Positions 40,001-55,000 of a stretch of 64,000 bases of DNA are shown here, piece by piece. Location: assembly GCF_963921235.1 (NCBI RefSeq), contig NC_086118.1, positions 17,672,001-17,736,000 on the forward strand. Direction: 5' to 3'. Below the pieces are notes generated by a model, which was not told the origin of the DNA, searched no databases, and saw nothing but the letters and a program-made list of their open reading frames with translations. Position 1 is the first letter of the stretch. Every line of letters starts with the position of its first letter. This stretch comes from Mobula hypostoma (lineage: Eukaryota). Both the position numbers and the translations under genes were made by a program.

Positions 40001-43000
40001 AACCTAGTTGATTTGTGCTAACTCGGGCCACCCCAATCTGCCAGTGGAAATGCATCTGTCATGATAATATTGGCAGAATGGTAAGACTCTTGGCAGTGTG
40101 GAGGATAAGAGGGATCTTGGAGTCCGAGTCCATAGAATGAGCAAAGCAGCTGCGCAGGTTGACTCTGTGGTTAAGAAGGTGTACGGTGTATTGGCCTTCA
40201 TTAATCGTGGAATTGAGTTTAAGAGCTGAGAGGTAATGTTGCAGCTATATACGACCCTAGTCAGACCCCAGTTGGAGTACTGTGCTCAGTTCTGGTCACC
40301 TTACTACAGGAAGGATGTGGAAGCCATAGAGAGTGTGCAGAGGAGATTTACAAGGATGTTGCCTGGATTGGGGAGCATGCCTTATGAGAATAGGTTGAGT
40401 TAACTCGACCTTTTCTCCTTAGAGCGATGGAGGATGAGAGATGACCTGATAGAGGTGTATAAGATGATGAGAGGCATTGATCATCTGGATAGTCAGAGGC
40501 TTTTTCCCAGGGCTGAAATAGTTGCCACAAGAGGACACAGGTTTAAGGTGCCGGGGAGTAGGTACGGAGGAGATGTCAGGGGTAAGTTTTTTACTCAGAG
40601 TGGTGAGTGCATGGAATGGGCTGCCGGCAGCGATGGTGAAGGCAGATAAGATAGGGTCTTTTAAGAGACTTTTAGATAGGTACATGGAGCTTAGTAAAAT
40701 AGAGGGCTATAGGTAAGCCTAGTAATTTCTAAGGTAGGAACATGTTTGGCACAACTCTGTGGGCCGAAGGGCCTGTATTGTACTGTAGGTTTTCTATGTT
40801 TCTATGAAATGACCACTCCATGGTACCTGTGGAAACAAGTTAAATCTTTACAAAAAGGGTACCCTTAATTAAATTCTGTGTCACTACAATTGAGCTAAAT
40901 GAGACAAACCCAGAAGAGATCGGCTAGCTTAATACTGGGCGTCTATTAATAAATCATCCATGTGAGCCATTAGCAGCAGACTGTAATTCCGTGGCTTGGC
41001 TTAAAGCTCACTGTGCAATTACTGTCAATCCAGGAGATCAGCCTTATTTCAGTAGGAGTGCAGAGGACATCCTGAGAGCAGCACTGGATAGACCTAAAAA
41101 TGAACTGGCAACCTACTGAAGCTGCACTCCTGGACACGGTGTATGTTGTGTAACTAGAACACATGTGGTGGACAGAGCTAAGTATTCTCACAACCAGTGG
41201 ATCAGATCAAAGTTTTGTATTCCTCCCAAATCATGAATAGGACACTAACATCTAACTGAAGAAGAAGACTTCAAGAGCATTTCAATTCGTTATGGTGGTG
41301 CAGTATTGAAGCATACTTACATGACCATGTTTATTTGAAACTGCTGAGTAGAAGTTTCATCTGTGTTTTTGTTTCCCTGAGATCCCAATCACAGAAACCA
41401 GTTTCATCCAATTTGATTTTAGGAAAAGGCTGAGAGTACTGGGAGTAACAAAGGTTGGGGTATGCCTGCAATTCCGAAATCCTCTGTTCCAGAACGAGCT
41501 GCGCTTCTGGCCCAGCTGTTTCAATTCATTTGTAACACTGGCACACACTCGACAATTGCAGAAAGTTGTCCCTCAGTGAGCTGTCTTCAAAAACTGGACA
41601 AATCCAATTCAGCTGCTCCATATACTCTCAATTATCAGCATAGTTGTAGAAGGTATCTTCAGCACTATTCTCAAGTGACACCTATTTGCCAGTCAGATAG
41701 TTATTGATACAAAGTTTGGGATTTCTTAGGACCGGTTGCCTTATCATAACCTTGGTTTGAATATTAACCAAAAATCTGAATTCCAGAGATGGGTGATAAT
41801 GATTTTCATTGACATCAAAGCAATACTTCACAATGTGGCATCAAGAAGCATGGGTGAAACTGAAGTCAGTTGCTGTTGAGGGGCCGACCACTCGTATGTA
41901 TAGAGACATTTCAGGAAGATGGTTTGTGTTTGTTGAAGGTCAGCCATTCCTGCTTCAGGATCCTTTTGCAGTCGTTCCCCGGTAGGTATATTAGGCCCCT
42001 CCATGAACATACTGCATTGACTGGAACAAAGCAGGGATGAGGCAGGGTATGGTGTGTTGTGATAAATAAATCAGCTTGAAATACCCAACACAGTCCATCA
42101 TCTACAAGGCACAATTCAGGAAAATGAGAATCACTGAATGCAACTTTGACAACTTTCAGGAAGCCAGAAGCAATCATAACAAAACAACCAACTTGACTGA
42201 TATCCTATACATCACACAAAGCATTTCTTCCATCATTGTGTACCACATATAAAATATACTGTGGTTTCTCAGCCAAGCTATCTGACACCTCCCAAACCGG
42301 CAAGTTTTACCACCAGGAAAACAAGGCTTCAGGCATATGGAGACACCACACTTGCAGTGTTCCCTCCAAGTCACATAGCGTCCTGATGTGAATCTAATTC
42401 CTGGAGCTTCCATCCCAACACCTGAAGAACCTTCACAAGAAGGAATACAACAGTTAAAAGAGGTGGATCACTGTCAGCTTCTGGAGGGCAATGAGAGATG
42501 GGCAATAAAGTAAGGCTTTGCCAGCAATGCCCATGTCCTGAAAAATTATTGCATACAGTATAACCTCCATCTTTGTCATCACTGGAGATTCTCGCTTAGT
42601 GATTACATGAAGATACAGTAGTTACTGTATCATGCTGTGATTGCTATGATGTATCCATATTTTATTCAGTGGCCTAAGTGACTTTTCTTGAGTCTGTAAT
42701 TATTAAATATGCAAAATGAAGAAAAGAAGTGTATATTCTCTAATATAGTGATTCATTGTCTTTTCTTTTCATTAGGTTTGATAGTGTACAAGCCTACCAA
42801 ATACTGGATGTTGTCCACTCTCAGATCAGCCAGATGGAAACAACAATGGGCACCATTAATGAGTCTGCCAGTTTATTTGAGGTCAACGTACCAGACTATA
42901 AGCAATTAAAACAATGTAGAAAAGAAGTACATCTTTTGAAACAACTGTGGGATATGATTTTTATGGTACATTCAAGCATCGATGATTGGAAGACGACAAA

Positions 43001-46000
43001 GTGGAGAGAAATCAATGTTGAAAACATGGATCTAGAATGTAAAAAGTTTGCTAAAGATATCCGTGCCTTAGATAAAGAAGTGCGGGCATGGGACGCTTTC
43101 ACTGGATTGGACAGCACAGTAAAGAATATTTTAACTTCATTAAGGGCTGTAGCTGAACTTCAGAATCCAGCTATTCGTGATAGACATTGGTATCAACTAA
43201 TGCAAGCTACAAATGTAACATTTACAATGGATGATAGCACAACTCTAGCTGACCTCTTGAAACTGAATCTGCACAACTTTGAAGAAGAGGTTTGTGGAAT
43301 TGTTGACAAGGCTGTAAAAGAAATGGGCATGGAAAAGGTATTGAAGGAGTTGAATGCCACCTGGAGCACTATGGAATTTCAGTATGAACATCACTCACGC
43401 ACTTCTGTCCCATTGCTCAAATCAGATGAGGAGCTTATTGAGACCCTGGAGGACAACCAGGTCCAGCTGCAGAACTTAATGACGTCCAAGTATATTGCTT
43501 TCTTTTTGGAAGAGGTATCCTGCTGGCAGAAGAAGCTGTCTATCGCCGACTCTGTAATATCAGTTTGGTTTGAGGTGCAACGAACGTGGTCACATCTTGA
43601 AAGCATCTTCATTGGGTCTGAAGATATTCGCTCTCAGTTGCCTGAGGTATAATAAACATTTACTTTGTAGTTTTAAGTGTGATGAAATTATAGCATTTAA
43701 ATTTATAATTATAACTCAGAAGTCATATGTCAGTTTTTGAGCTAACGTAAAAGTGAAAAATAGTGGAGAAAATAAGGGGCAACACACACACAAAAGGCTG
43801 GAGAAACTCAGCAGGTTAGGCAAAATTCATGGTTGGAAGGGAACAGTCGATGTTTTGGTCTAAGACATCTTGAACCAAAGCTCGATTGTCCATTTTCCCC
43901 TGATGTATGCCACTTGACTTGCTGAATTCCTCCAGCACTTTGTGTGTATGTTGCTGCAGATTTCCAGCATCTGCAGAATCTTTTGTGTCTCTGGAGAAAA
44001 TAAAAGCATTTGGATGGTCAGATGCACAAAGCACAAACATCTGAGACAAAAAGTAATTGGGAAGTTCATGAAATATTGGGCTTTGTCTCAATGGAGCTGA
44101 AATACAAAGAAATGTAAGTGATTTTTTAAATGGATGGAGTGTGGTCACAGCTTATTGAAGTCATGCATTCAGTTTTGCCTGTAGGTCTTCAAGTGGAACA
44201 TATTGGTCCAGGGCATGGTACAACTAGGGTTCACCAGAATGTTTCTGAGGGCTAAATTATGAAGATAGTTTGCATACAACTGGGTTGCATTTCTTGTGTT
44301 TTGAATGTTAAGTGACAATCTAATGAGGGGATAAAATGTTCAGTAATTTAGTTCAGAAGGATGCAGAAGTTATTTCTTCTGATTTAATTGCTGCCTTTAG
44401 GGTAGCAGTGAAGGTATTCCTTTACTCAGTGTGTTTAGGGCTCCCTTCACTGTGTCAGGAGCATTCTCTCAGTTTTCACTACTGTCACGCAAGTCCTCAG
44501 TGGAGACTCAGGAATACAGTCCCTCTCAGATTTAGGAGGATTCTTCATTGCTATTTCCATAACAATTTTGTTTTGCCAGTCCGGGCTGTTAGCCCTGAGC
44601 TGAACCCCCGAACCAGGAGGATCAGAGGACCACTCTTAGTCTGTCCTCTACCCTTTGACTTATTTGGCATGGGTGACCCTACCAAGAGCCAAAGTATAAA
44701 GCCCTGGCTCCAGCTGGCATAGCTCTCTGGGTCACTGAGGCACGCAACCCTCCAAACCATGACAAAGTTATGGTTCCCTTGGAGGATTTCTTCTAAGGTC
44801 AGGAGAAGTCTAGATCAAAGGATCTAATTCTACACTAGTGCTAGATTACTAGTGAAACTAAAAAGCACTTTTTCGCACTTCGTGTTTGGAATTCTAGACT
44901 TTGTCACCTTTGTCACAAGATTGTGGATGCTGGATCTGTTGAAATGTTCAAGATTGAAGAGATCAGATATTTACTATTAAAACTATCAAAGAACATAGAT
45001 TGATTAAAGGTGTTTATATATTTATCAAGCAAGATCAAGCTCTTTCTATCTTCAATTCATTTCCTTTTCATCTTTTTCTAAATATTTAGAGGCCACTTTA
45101 AAAGTATAAATAACACTTCTCATTTTTAGAAGTTGTTCCGTTCATATTTTATGCTAAAATAGGTCATAAAAATGTGTTAGAAAATTATGGTTGTGCTGTG
45201 CGTCATGTAGGATTCCAAACGCTTCGATAGCATTGATAAAGACTTTAAAGAACTGGCATGGGATGCTGAGAGAACTCCAAATGTAGTGGAAGCCACTAAC
45301 AAACCAGGATTGTGTGAAAAGCTTGAAGACATCCAAGTGAGGTAAATTAAAACTTTTCTCATTCGATTGAATGAACTAAATGAAATATTGAGTGCTGTAA
45401 TAAAAAAGAAGTGGAGTAAAACAATCTATCAGTGAAGTCATGACCTTTGTCTTCCTTTGAAAGTTCTTGGGGGTTCAAAGCTTGGTCTGGCTATATTCTG
45501 TCTTCAGCTGCTGTGCTCCCTGAGGTTGTAAAGCACAATAAAACCCACTCCTAAAGTTAAACTACTGAACAATGGAGTTGGAAGGGCATTGTTAAGAATA
45601 GTAAGAAAGTAAGTAATATGATAAGCTTCTGTTTGTCTTTCGTTAAGGTCACGGGCCTTGGAGACTTGTTGAAATGCTGTCTGAACATCTGGACAATTTA
45701 AAATATGTAAATCTGGGGAATGATATTTGTGTCAGTAATGGTGACCACAGAAGTATTAAATTATTGTAAGGACAATAATGATTCACAAATGCTCTTTAGG
45801 AATGGAAATCTGCTGTCCTGAAACAGTTTAGCAATGTGTTAAATTGCCTTGTAAGCCATTCAATTATAACAACTGCTAGGGCTGGGCAATGAAAATATTG
45901 ACCTTTGCCAAATCATCCACTTCCCATAAAAGACTAAAGCTAGCAAAACTTGTTCAGCGAGCATGATGCGGGTCTTCTGGAACTTGATTGCTTCTGCATA

Positions 46001-49000
46001 TACAGATGGGACATGAGTGAAAACAGTGAGTTGCCTTAGGCCTAAATGTCCTGGTATTTAAATGGTAGTTGCTCATGGAAAGAAGATGGGACTTTAAGAT
46101 CTATGTAAATAACTTATCCAAACTAGCAGAGACAACATGAGACATGTTCTAAAGGCTGCAGCCTTTCTGAGGAATTAAAAAATTTTGTAAACTAGGCTAA
46201 TGTTGTTTTGCACTAGGCAAGACCCACAAGACTCTGAAAACCTCAAGATGTATACTCACCAGTCTGGAAGTCTATTTATCTTATTTAATTTGTGTATTGG
46301 CAGCTGGCCAGGGTGATGTTTTCAAAACATAAAAAAAGTCCATCACATTTTTTGCTCAATGTAGTAAGACTCCAATAATCATGTCTACTGTTTGAAAGTT
46401 CCACTGCTTCAGCATCTGGCTCATCTGGTTCTGTTACCCATACTCCTTTCTACCATCGGGCCCTGTTTGCACCATTCCCTGTAAATTCACCTGAGAACTT
46501 TTTGTGCTGGTTTGTAAAATCAAAGCAGTGAATTAAAAATTGTGGTACTAGAAATCCAGAAAATCTTGCTGGCTGGAAACCACCAGAGTCCTGTGGATGC
46601 TAGGTTATCGGAGTTTTATGAGAAATTGCATTCAGTAAATCTTAAGTGTGATGTAAATGGGTGCTTTGTTCCTATCTTCTTCCTGCATAGACTGGCACTC
46701 TGTGAAAAAGCTCTGGCTGAATATCTTGACACCAAAAGACTGGCCTTCCCCAGGTTCTATTTTATTTCCTCTGCTGATTTGTTGGATATTCTATCCAATG
46801 GGACCAACCCTCATCAGGTGAGCATCTCAGTCTGCTAGCTAGAAGGGTACAAAATGCTGGGGTTATTAATATTGCACAAATAACTCAAATTCTTCTGCAC
46901 ACTGGGTAAACTTGTACAAATTCAGGTAAAGTGTGAATCTAGGATTATATTCAGGTGTCGGGTAAAATGTGAATTTAGAATTATAATCAGATGTATTTTT
47001 GACAATATTTTCTTCTTATTGATGTAGGACTTACCTTAATCACTCAGTAGCACCATATTGCTGAACAGTTGTGATAAGTTTTTGAAGGTCTGTAATACTG
47101 AGATATTGACCTTCAGACATTAATTTAACATATACTACCTAGGCTTGTGACACGTGGGCCAAGTGGTTAAGGCGTTCGTGGCCAAGTGGTTAAGGCATTC
47201 GTCTAGTCACCTCAAGGTCGCTGGTTCGAGCCTCAGCTGTGGCAGTGTGTTTGTGCCCTTGAGCAAGGCACTGAATCACACATTGCTCTAGTCTGTGTGA
47301 GGAGTGGCGCCCCACACAGACTTCCAATCTGCGCCTTGTAAGGCATGAAAATGCCCGACGCAGGAGCAACAAGCTCTTCGGACCACGACCATGCCAATCT
47401 GTTATTCTGTCTAGTTCCATTAATGTGTACCTAGATCATTGCCCTTCAAACCTCTCCCATCCATGCACTTATTCAAGCTTCTCTTAAATGTTGCAGTTGA
47501 ACCTGCAGTGCCATTTCTTCTGGCAGCATAGTCCACGCACCCCTCTCTTTGTGTGACAAAGTTTTCCCTCAGGTTCTCCTTAAATATTTCACCTGTCACC
47601 CTTTACCTATGACCTCTAGTTCTAGTTTCACCCAACCTCAATGGAAAAATGTGTTTACATAAAGCTTATGTATACCCATCATAATTTTGTATACTTCAAC
47701 CAAGTCTCCCGACATTCTTCTCCACTCCGGGGAATTCAAATTTTCCTCACTAAAGTCTTATATAGCTTCAACATAACATCCCAAATCCTATACTCAGTGC
47801 TCAAATTTATTAAAGCCAGTATGCTCAAAGCTCTCTTTACAATTTTATCTACAGTACTTGTGACACCACTTTCAAGGAATTATGGATCTATATTCCCTGA
47901 TCCCTCTGTTCTAGAGCACTCTTCAGTGTCCTTCCAATCACTGTGCAAGTCCCACCCTGGTACATTCTCCCAGAGTGCAACACCTCACACTCGTCTGTAT
48001 TAAGTTCCATTTGCCATTTTTCTGCCCATTTTTCGAGTTGGTTCAGTTCCTGCAGCAAACTTTGATAGTCTTCCTCACTGTCTACTGTGCCCCCCAGTCG
48101 AGGTGTCATCTGCAAATCTGCTGATCTAGTTTACCATGTTATCATCCAGATTGTTGATACAGATGACAAACAACAATGGACCCAGCACTGATCCCCGGGC
48201 ACATCACTAGTCACAGGCCTGCAGTCAAAGAGACAATCAGCTACTGCCAAATGCTGCTGCTGGATGCAGATCTTGCATGTGTAGTCATCAGGGACAATGG
48301 GGATCTCCATGTCTTCCCACAAGAGGAGCATTCCACTGTCTTGACTGTCATTCCCACTCTTAATGTGCAATAAGAAGGAAAGAAATAAACAAACTCTAGA
48401 AGCTTATCTTATTGTATCCCTCAGGCTCGGCCAGCCCATGGTCGTCTAGGGGAAAACAACTTCTGGCCCCGCCAAACTTGAGAAATTTTGTTTGTGTGGA
48501 TGCTGCGTGATGTGTTGCCCGGTTACAGATCTGCACCGCAAAATATCAGACAGTACATCATATGCAATTAAATGATTGAACTTTATAAATCCTAATCTGA
48601 ATAAAGGGTTAGTAAAGAAAATAAAAAGTAAAAGCGCCCATTTTAAGGAAAAGCTCTATTGTGCATCATTGGAGCTCACTGTTTGTTCATTTGTTCCTGT
48701 CGACCTCCAAGCCTAGCCAGCCTTCGGACTCTCGCTCCTCTGTCCACTCCATCTGCTGGTCTTCTGACTCTTCATTTACGTCTTCCTCCTTCTTCTCTTG
48801 CCAACAAAAAACCACGTAAAACCTAACTCCCAGACACTCAAGAAAGAACAATATTTCTCCCATTGGAAAACATACATTCCAAAGTCCTGTTATCTCTGGC
48901 CATAACCCAAACATTGCTGCTACAGAGAAGCCATTTCTTTAACAGTAGAACATTACATAAAAGCCATTACATTAGCCTCAGCAGTGAAACCTTACAGCGT

Positions 49001-52000
49001 GTTACACTCTTCCCCCCACTGAATTCACTCATGTCCTCATGACGTTGAGATAATTTGCCAACCCTTCCTACAAAACACAAAGTCCAATCCAGGTGTAAAA
49101 AGCAGTGATATAGCTCCCCAAAACAGTTGGGGTCACACTCTGCCACAATCTCCTCTACCAACCTGCAGGCACTGGGGGAGTCTCATCCTCAATCAATAGG
49201 GAGTTAGCAAAAGGCAGCATGTACCACAGAACCCAAGGAACGAGTGCAGAGTGCTCACAGTCTGGGGTCTTGGCCAGGTGGTAACCACCTCTATCTTTTC
49301 TGTCAACTTTCCTCCTTTTTCCTATAGTTTCTCCCGGGCTTGTCTCACAGGGACACTGGACATTACCATCACCGGGAACAGGTGCACCAGGGATATCCCC
49401 CTTGAGGTCTTCCAGAGCATCCAGTTAGAGGGTCTCACCCTCAGGCATTCTGGGAAAGTTGGGTGTCCCCACCACTCTCGCTAATTCCCCGGGCCGTACC
49501 ACCATTGGCTTCGACTGGGTGAACCACACTGTCCTTCGTCTAAATTCGATATCCGGCCCAATGTAACCACACACTTCCTCAAAAGCAGCTCGAAACACCA
49601 GATGCACAGACAATGTCCTCAGAAAGCTCTCCTCAGCTTTCTCCTTGCAGGCCCCTATGAGCCTCCTCAGAAATGATAGATCTCTGTCTTTGAAGTCTCC
49701 ACCCCCAGCTACAGGAAACTCAACTTGTGACTCAGCCCGCTTGGCTACCTTCTCCTCCTCCCTGACAGTATGGACAGGCCATGGCCCCGCCTCACCTGGG
49801 GTACCGATAGATGCTGGCAGTCCCACCACCATTACGTCAGCGCTAGTGTGAACTAAAACAAGGCCTGAGCCCGCCGATTCAAACTTTCAACCAATCTCTG
49901 TCGCTTTACATCATCAGAGCATTGCCACTCATCTAACAACTGAGAAATCTGCTTCACCCCAGCAGCTTCCATACCAGTACAGATTTAAACACACAGCCCA
50001 CTGGTTCAAAGCTCAGGGCAATCACGCAACATCCAACAGAATCAATCCCGGATGAGCCCCCACAATTGTAACTCTCAGGCTCAGCCAGCACGTGTTCATC
50101 TCAGGGAAAACAACTTCTGGCCCCGCCAAACTGAGAAATCTTGTTTGTGTGGATGCTGCGTGATGTGTTGCCGGTTTACAAATCTGCACTGCAAAATGTC
50201 AGACAGTACACCATATGCAATTAAATGATTGAACTTTATAAATCTTAATCTGAGTAAAGGGTTAGTAAAGAAAAGAAAAAGGGCCCATTTTAAGGAAAAA
50301 GTCTATTGTGCATCGTTGGAGCTCACTGCTTGTTCATTTGTTCCCATCGACCTCCAAGTGTAGCCGGCTCTTGGACCCTCACTCCTCAGTACACTCTGTC
50401 CGGTAATCTTCTGACTCTCTCCATTTGTGTCTTCCTTCTTCTCTCGCCGACAAAATACCGTGAAAAACCTGGCTCCCAGATACACAAGAAAGAACAACAG
50501 TTCTCCCATTGGATAACATGCATTCCTAAATCCTGTTATCTCTAGCCTTAACATAAACATTGCTGTTACAGAGAAAGCATTACCTTCACAGTGGAACATT
50601 ACATAGAAGCCATTACATTAGCCTTAGCAGTGAAACTTTACAGCGTGTTACATTAGTCTCCACCTCTTCACGCTAGCCTATTGAGTTGAAATCTCAAGGT
50701 CCCCAATCTAACCCTGTCCACTCCAACAATGGCTCTGCTAAAAGTACCCACTCACTTTAAAAAATCTCGAGCTAATTAACTACAAACAATGGCTCTTGCA
50801 ATCTCAAGTTCGTGGAACTTCTAGCCCAGCGAACTTTAGCCGACAAATTCTGATTCACTAACATACTTAACCAGATGTGACATAATATAAAAACTTTTTT
50901 CATTTGTTATTTAACAATCATTGCATTCTAAATACTTTTTGAGAAGCATTTTGGAAGCAAGTTTTTCTGAATGTAAATACTTTTTCTACATAATTTGTAA
51001 TTCTTAAAATAACAAGCTCATCACCTGCCCTACTGATCCCTGTGAAATACTTGCATTTTTCTGCTTCTTCAGGCTTTTGCTTTTGTTTTTGTTATGGCAT
51101 ATTTACTGAAGGCATCAGAGGACAGGGAGGAATTGATTTACTAACACTTGTTAGTTGGTTATGCGCCGTGTCAAATGACATGGATGATCATGGTCTTCCC
51201 ATGACTATGTTTGCTCTTGGAAATTTTTTCTACAAAAGTTGTTTGTCATTGCCACCTCCTGGACAGTGTCTTCACATACAGGTGACCCCAGCAATTAGCA
51301 ATACACTGCAGAGGTCGCATAACCAGGGCTAGTGATATGTACCAGCTGTTCATACGACCATCCACCACCTGCTCTCATGGCTTCAGGGGACCGTGATAGT
51401 GGAGCTAAACAAGTACAGCACCTTGCCCAAGGATAATCTGCAGGATAGTGGAGAGAAGGAGCACCTTGCACCTCTTTCTATAGAGATGTATCTCCACCCC
51501 GCCACCAATTACTAACACTGTGTCCATTTATATTTATATTTCAGAATCAGGTTTATTATCACCAGCATGTGATGTGAAATTTGTTAACTTAGCAGCGGCA
51601 GTTCAATGCAATACATAATCTAGCAGAGAGGAAAAAATAATAAATAAAATAAAATATGATAATAAGTAAACAAGTAAATCAATTACGTATATTGAGTAGG
51701 TTTTAAAAATGTGCAAAAACAGAAATACTGTATATTAAAAAACAGTGAGGCATTGTCCAAAGCTTCAATGTCCATTTAGGAATCAGATGGCAGAGGGGAA
51801 GAAGCTGTTCCTGAATCGCTGAGTGTGTCCCTTCAGGCTTCTGTACCTCCTACCTGATGGTAACAGTGAGAAAAGAGCATGCCCTGGGTGCTGGAGGTCC
51901 TTCATAATGGATGCTGCCTTTCTGAGACACCAGTCCCTAAAGATGTCCTGGGTACTTTGTAGGCTAGTACCCAAGATGGAGCTGACTAGATTTACAACCT

Positions 52001-55000
52001 TCTGCAGCTTCTTTTGGTCCTGTGCAGTAGCCGCTCCATACCAGACAGTGATGCAGCCTGTCAGAATGCTCTCCATGGTACAACTATAGAAGGTTTTGAG
52101 TGTATTTGTTGACATGCCAAATCTCTTCAAACTCCTAATGAAGTATAGCTGCTGCCTCGCCTTCTTTATAACTACATCAATGTGTTGGGACCAGGTTAGT
52201 TCCTCAGAGATCTTGATACCCAGGAACTTGAAGCTGCTCACTCTCTCCACTTCTGATCCCTCTATGAGGATTGATATATGTTCCTTCGTCTTACCCTTCC
52301 TGAAGTCCACAATCAGCTCTTTCATCTTACTGACGTTGAGTGCTGGGTGGTTGCTGCAGCACCACTCCACTAGTTGGCATATCTCACTCCTGATTTTTAG
52401 TTGTGCTTTTCTATTTTTAACAATTTTCTGGAACTTTGATTTCATATTAAAACTGATATTATAAAATTAATTCATTTTACTGTACGGTAAATGAGGTTGG
52501 GAAATGCAGATGGGATCCGTTTCTGGTTTGCTGACTGAGCATTCTGATTAGTAGTTCTGTATGATGTGTAACTTCACTATTACTGGACACCACAGAACTC
52601 TAAAGAACGATTCATCACATGAATTTAACAATTATGATTAAAAATCTGCAGTGTCTTTGTGAGCTTCTTTCTTTGAGTTTGCTTCCATTCATTTTTGACA
52701 GCTGTATTCATGGTGCGGAGAAACAAACGCTTACCTATGTCGGGGATGATGTTGAGCAAATGTCAGCAACTATGCAAAAGTCCAAGTTCCTCCCTTGGTA
52801 CAATTGAGTTGCATTCAGCATTTCACCCATTTAGCATACTCTCAAGTCTTTTTATTTCCCTCATTCTCCATGTTAAGTTGCAGCTGGTTTATGTAGATTT
52901 AATATTTAAAAATAAGAACCAAAAATGTTGCAAATATTTATAATTGTTATACCAATATTTAGTCTTTCAGAAGGATTGACTATTTGGAATGGACCTTAGT
53001 CGAAGCATAAATATGTTTATGACAATAACAAACTAAGGAGGCAAACCCTCATTACTCATTGCCAACAATTGTACTTCTAGTTGTATTAGTGTATTCATGG
53101 CACACAAATGTTTACAACTATTTGTCTCTGTGAAAAGCAAATATATTTCATATAGGAATGAATTATTGCAAATTGCAAACTTAATATTCCGCAGTAGAAT
53201 GACATGAAATTACTTAGTAGTACAAAGGAGAGATATTTTCATCTTTTCTGAGCTTTGGAGTGCATAAGACAAAAAAGAAACATTATCATTTATCTTTCAC
53301 TGATGTGGGAGATATCTAGCAAATAATCAGATCATTTCTGGACCAGGTGCTTTCCTATCTCCTCCGTAGTAGCACGACAAAATAATACTAATCACTTTTT
53401 TTGAGCTTTGTACTTTTATTAGAGGAGCAGATTTAAGTTGGAATAATGTGTCTACAGTATGATTTATCTCTTGTTTACCAAGTTATTGATTTAAGCTGCA
53501 CTGGTTAATCAGTGGTTAGGAAAGTTTCTCTCATTTTACTCGAACATAACTTTTCATCAGACAATTAAGACGGCAGATATCATACCAGTCATTTGCAGTC
53601 CTTTATCTGCAAACTCTGGGAATCACTGATGTTAGACACATAACAGTAATGGTGCTGATCCTTTGTTAAATTTTGAGAATAGATTTCTGGGTAATAAAGC
53701 TGTAAGCTGCTTATGGACTTATTTCAGAACTGCTGAGTGGACAATTGATCTTGGGTTTCTCCTGGGATACTCACGATTACAGAACTCAGTCCTCTGTCAA
53801 TTTGACTCAGTTGAAGTGACACAAGAAATTGCTGAGGGCAGTGGATATGCTGTGTTACTAGACAACATCCCAGACTGTATTGAAGATTTGTGATCAGCTG
53901 AGCTGTTTCAGTTCTTTTACAATACTGGCATCCACCTGACAATGCCAATAACTTTCAGGTGTTTCCTGATGACAAATAAGCAGGAACAATTCAATTTAAC
54001 TAGTTAATACTCAATCAATCTATATTTGATTATTAGCAGTGTATTGAGTACGTTATTGACATTGTTATTGAATTGCATTAATCACCAATAACCTACTCAC
54101 TGGCGCTGAAGTTTTGGTTTTGTTAAGATTGTTCTGCTCTTTACATCATCACAACATTGATCTCAAATGGATCAAATCTGAATTCCGGGGGTTAGTTGGG
54201 AGTGACTGTCCTTGACCTCAGTGCCAAACTGATTGAAAGTGGTATAATGAGCCCTAGTAAAACTGAAGTCAGAGGGCATCAAGGGAAAATACACCAATCG
54301 TTGGGTTGTGATTGCTGGAGGTCAAACAATCCAACCCTAGTACATTCCTGCAGGAGTTCTTCAGGGCAGCAGCCAAGGCACAACAATCTTCTGCTGCTTC
54401 ATCATTGATTTTAGAGTCATAGAGGAATACAGAACAGTTATGTCCATTGGCTGGATTTGTCTATGCCAACCAGGGTGCCCATCTAAACTATTCCCTTTTG
54501 CTCATGTTTGGCCGATATCCCTCTAAAACCTTCCTATTCATAATAAATCTTCTTTCCAAATAAGGTGAGAAGTGAGAATGTTTGGCATGAGGTAACGTTA
54601 AAGTACATCTCAGAATTATTTGAAGATAGCAGGATTGAGGATTTACAGAATTAAATCAAATGCCTAATCAACTTAAAATATCGATGTCAGAGATAGAAAG
54701 TGTGATTTGGAGTCCAAAAGTCAGAAAGGTGGCCAGTGAAGATAAGATTTCCACTGAAATTCTGAAATCACTTGGTCCGAAGGGAAATATGAACCTTTTA
54801 ACGATATTAAACAACTGTTATATGACAGGAAATCTTCTGGAGGACTTTCTCAAATTGGTATTTATCGCCTTACCAAAAAAGCCAAGAACGATAAAATGTA
54901 ACGAACACAGGACGATAAGCTTAATGTCTCACTGCGTCAAGCTACTGTTGAAAGTAGCGTTCGGCAGAATGGAAGGTACAATCAGCGATGAAACTGGAGA

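Noticed and set aside
47153..47240. Real tRNA gene
   Set aside because: A and B boxes are present, but there is no convincing cloverleaf and the sequence continues into a SINE body.
51783..52445. 220-aa ORF as a nested gene
   Set aside because: C-terminal fragment of a Rex1/Babar LINE whose start runs in from flanking DNA.
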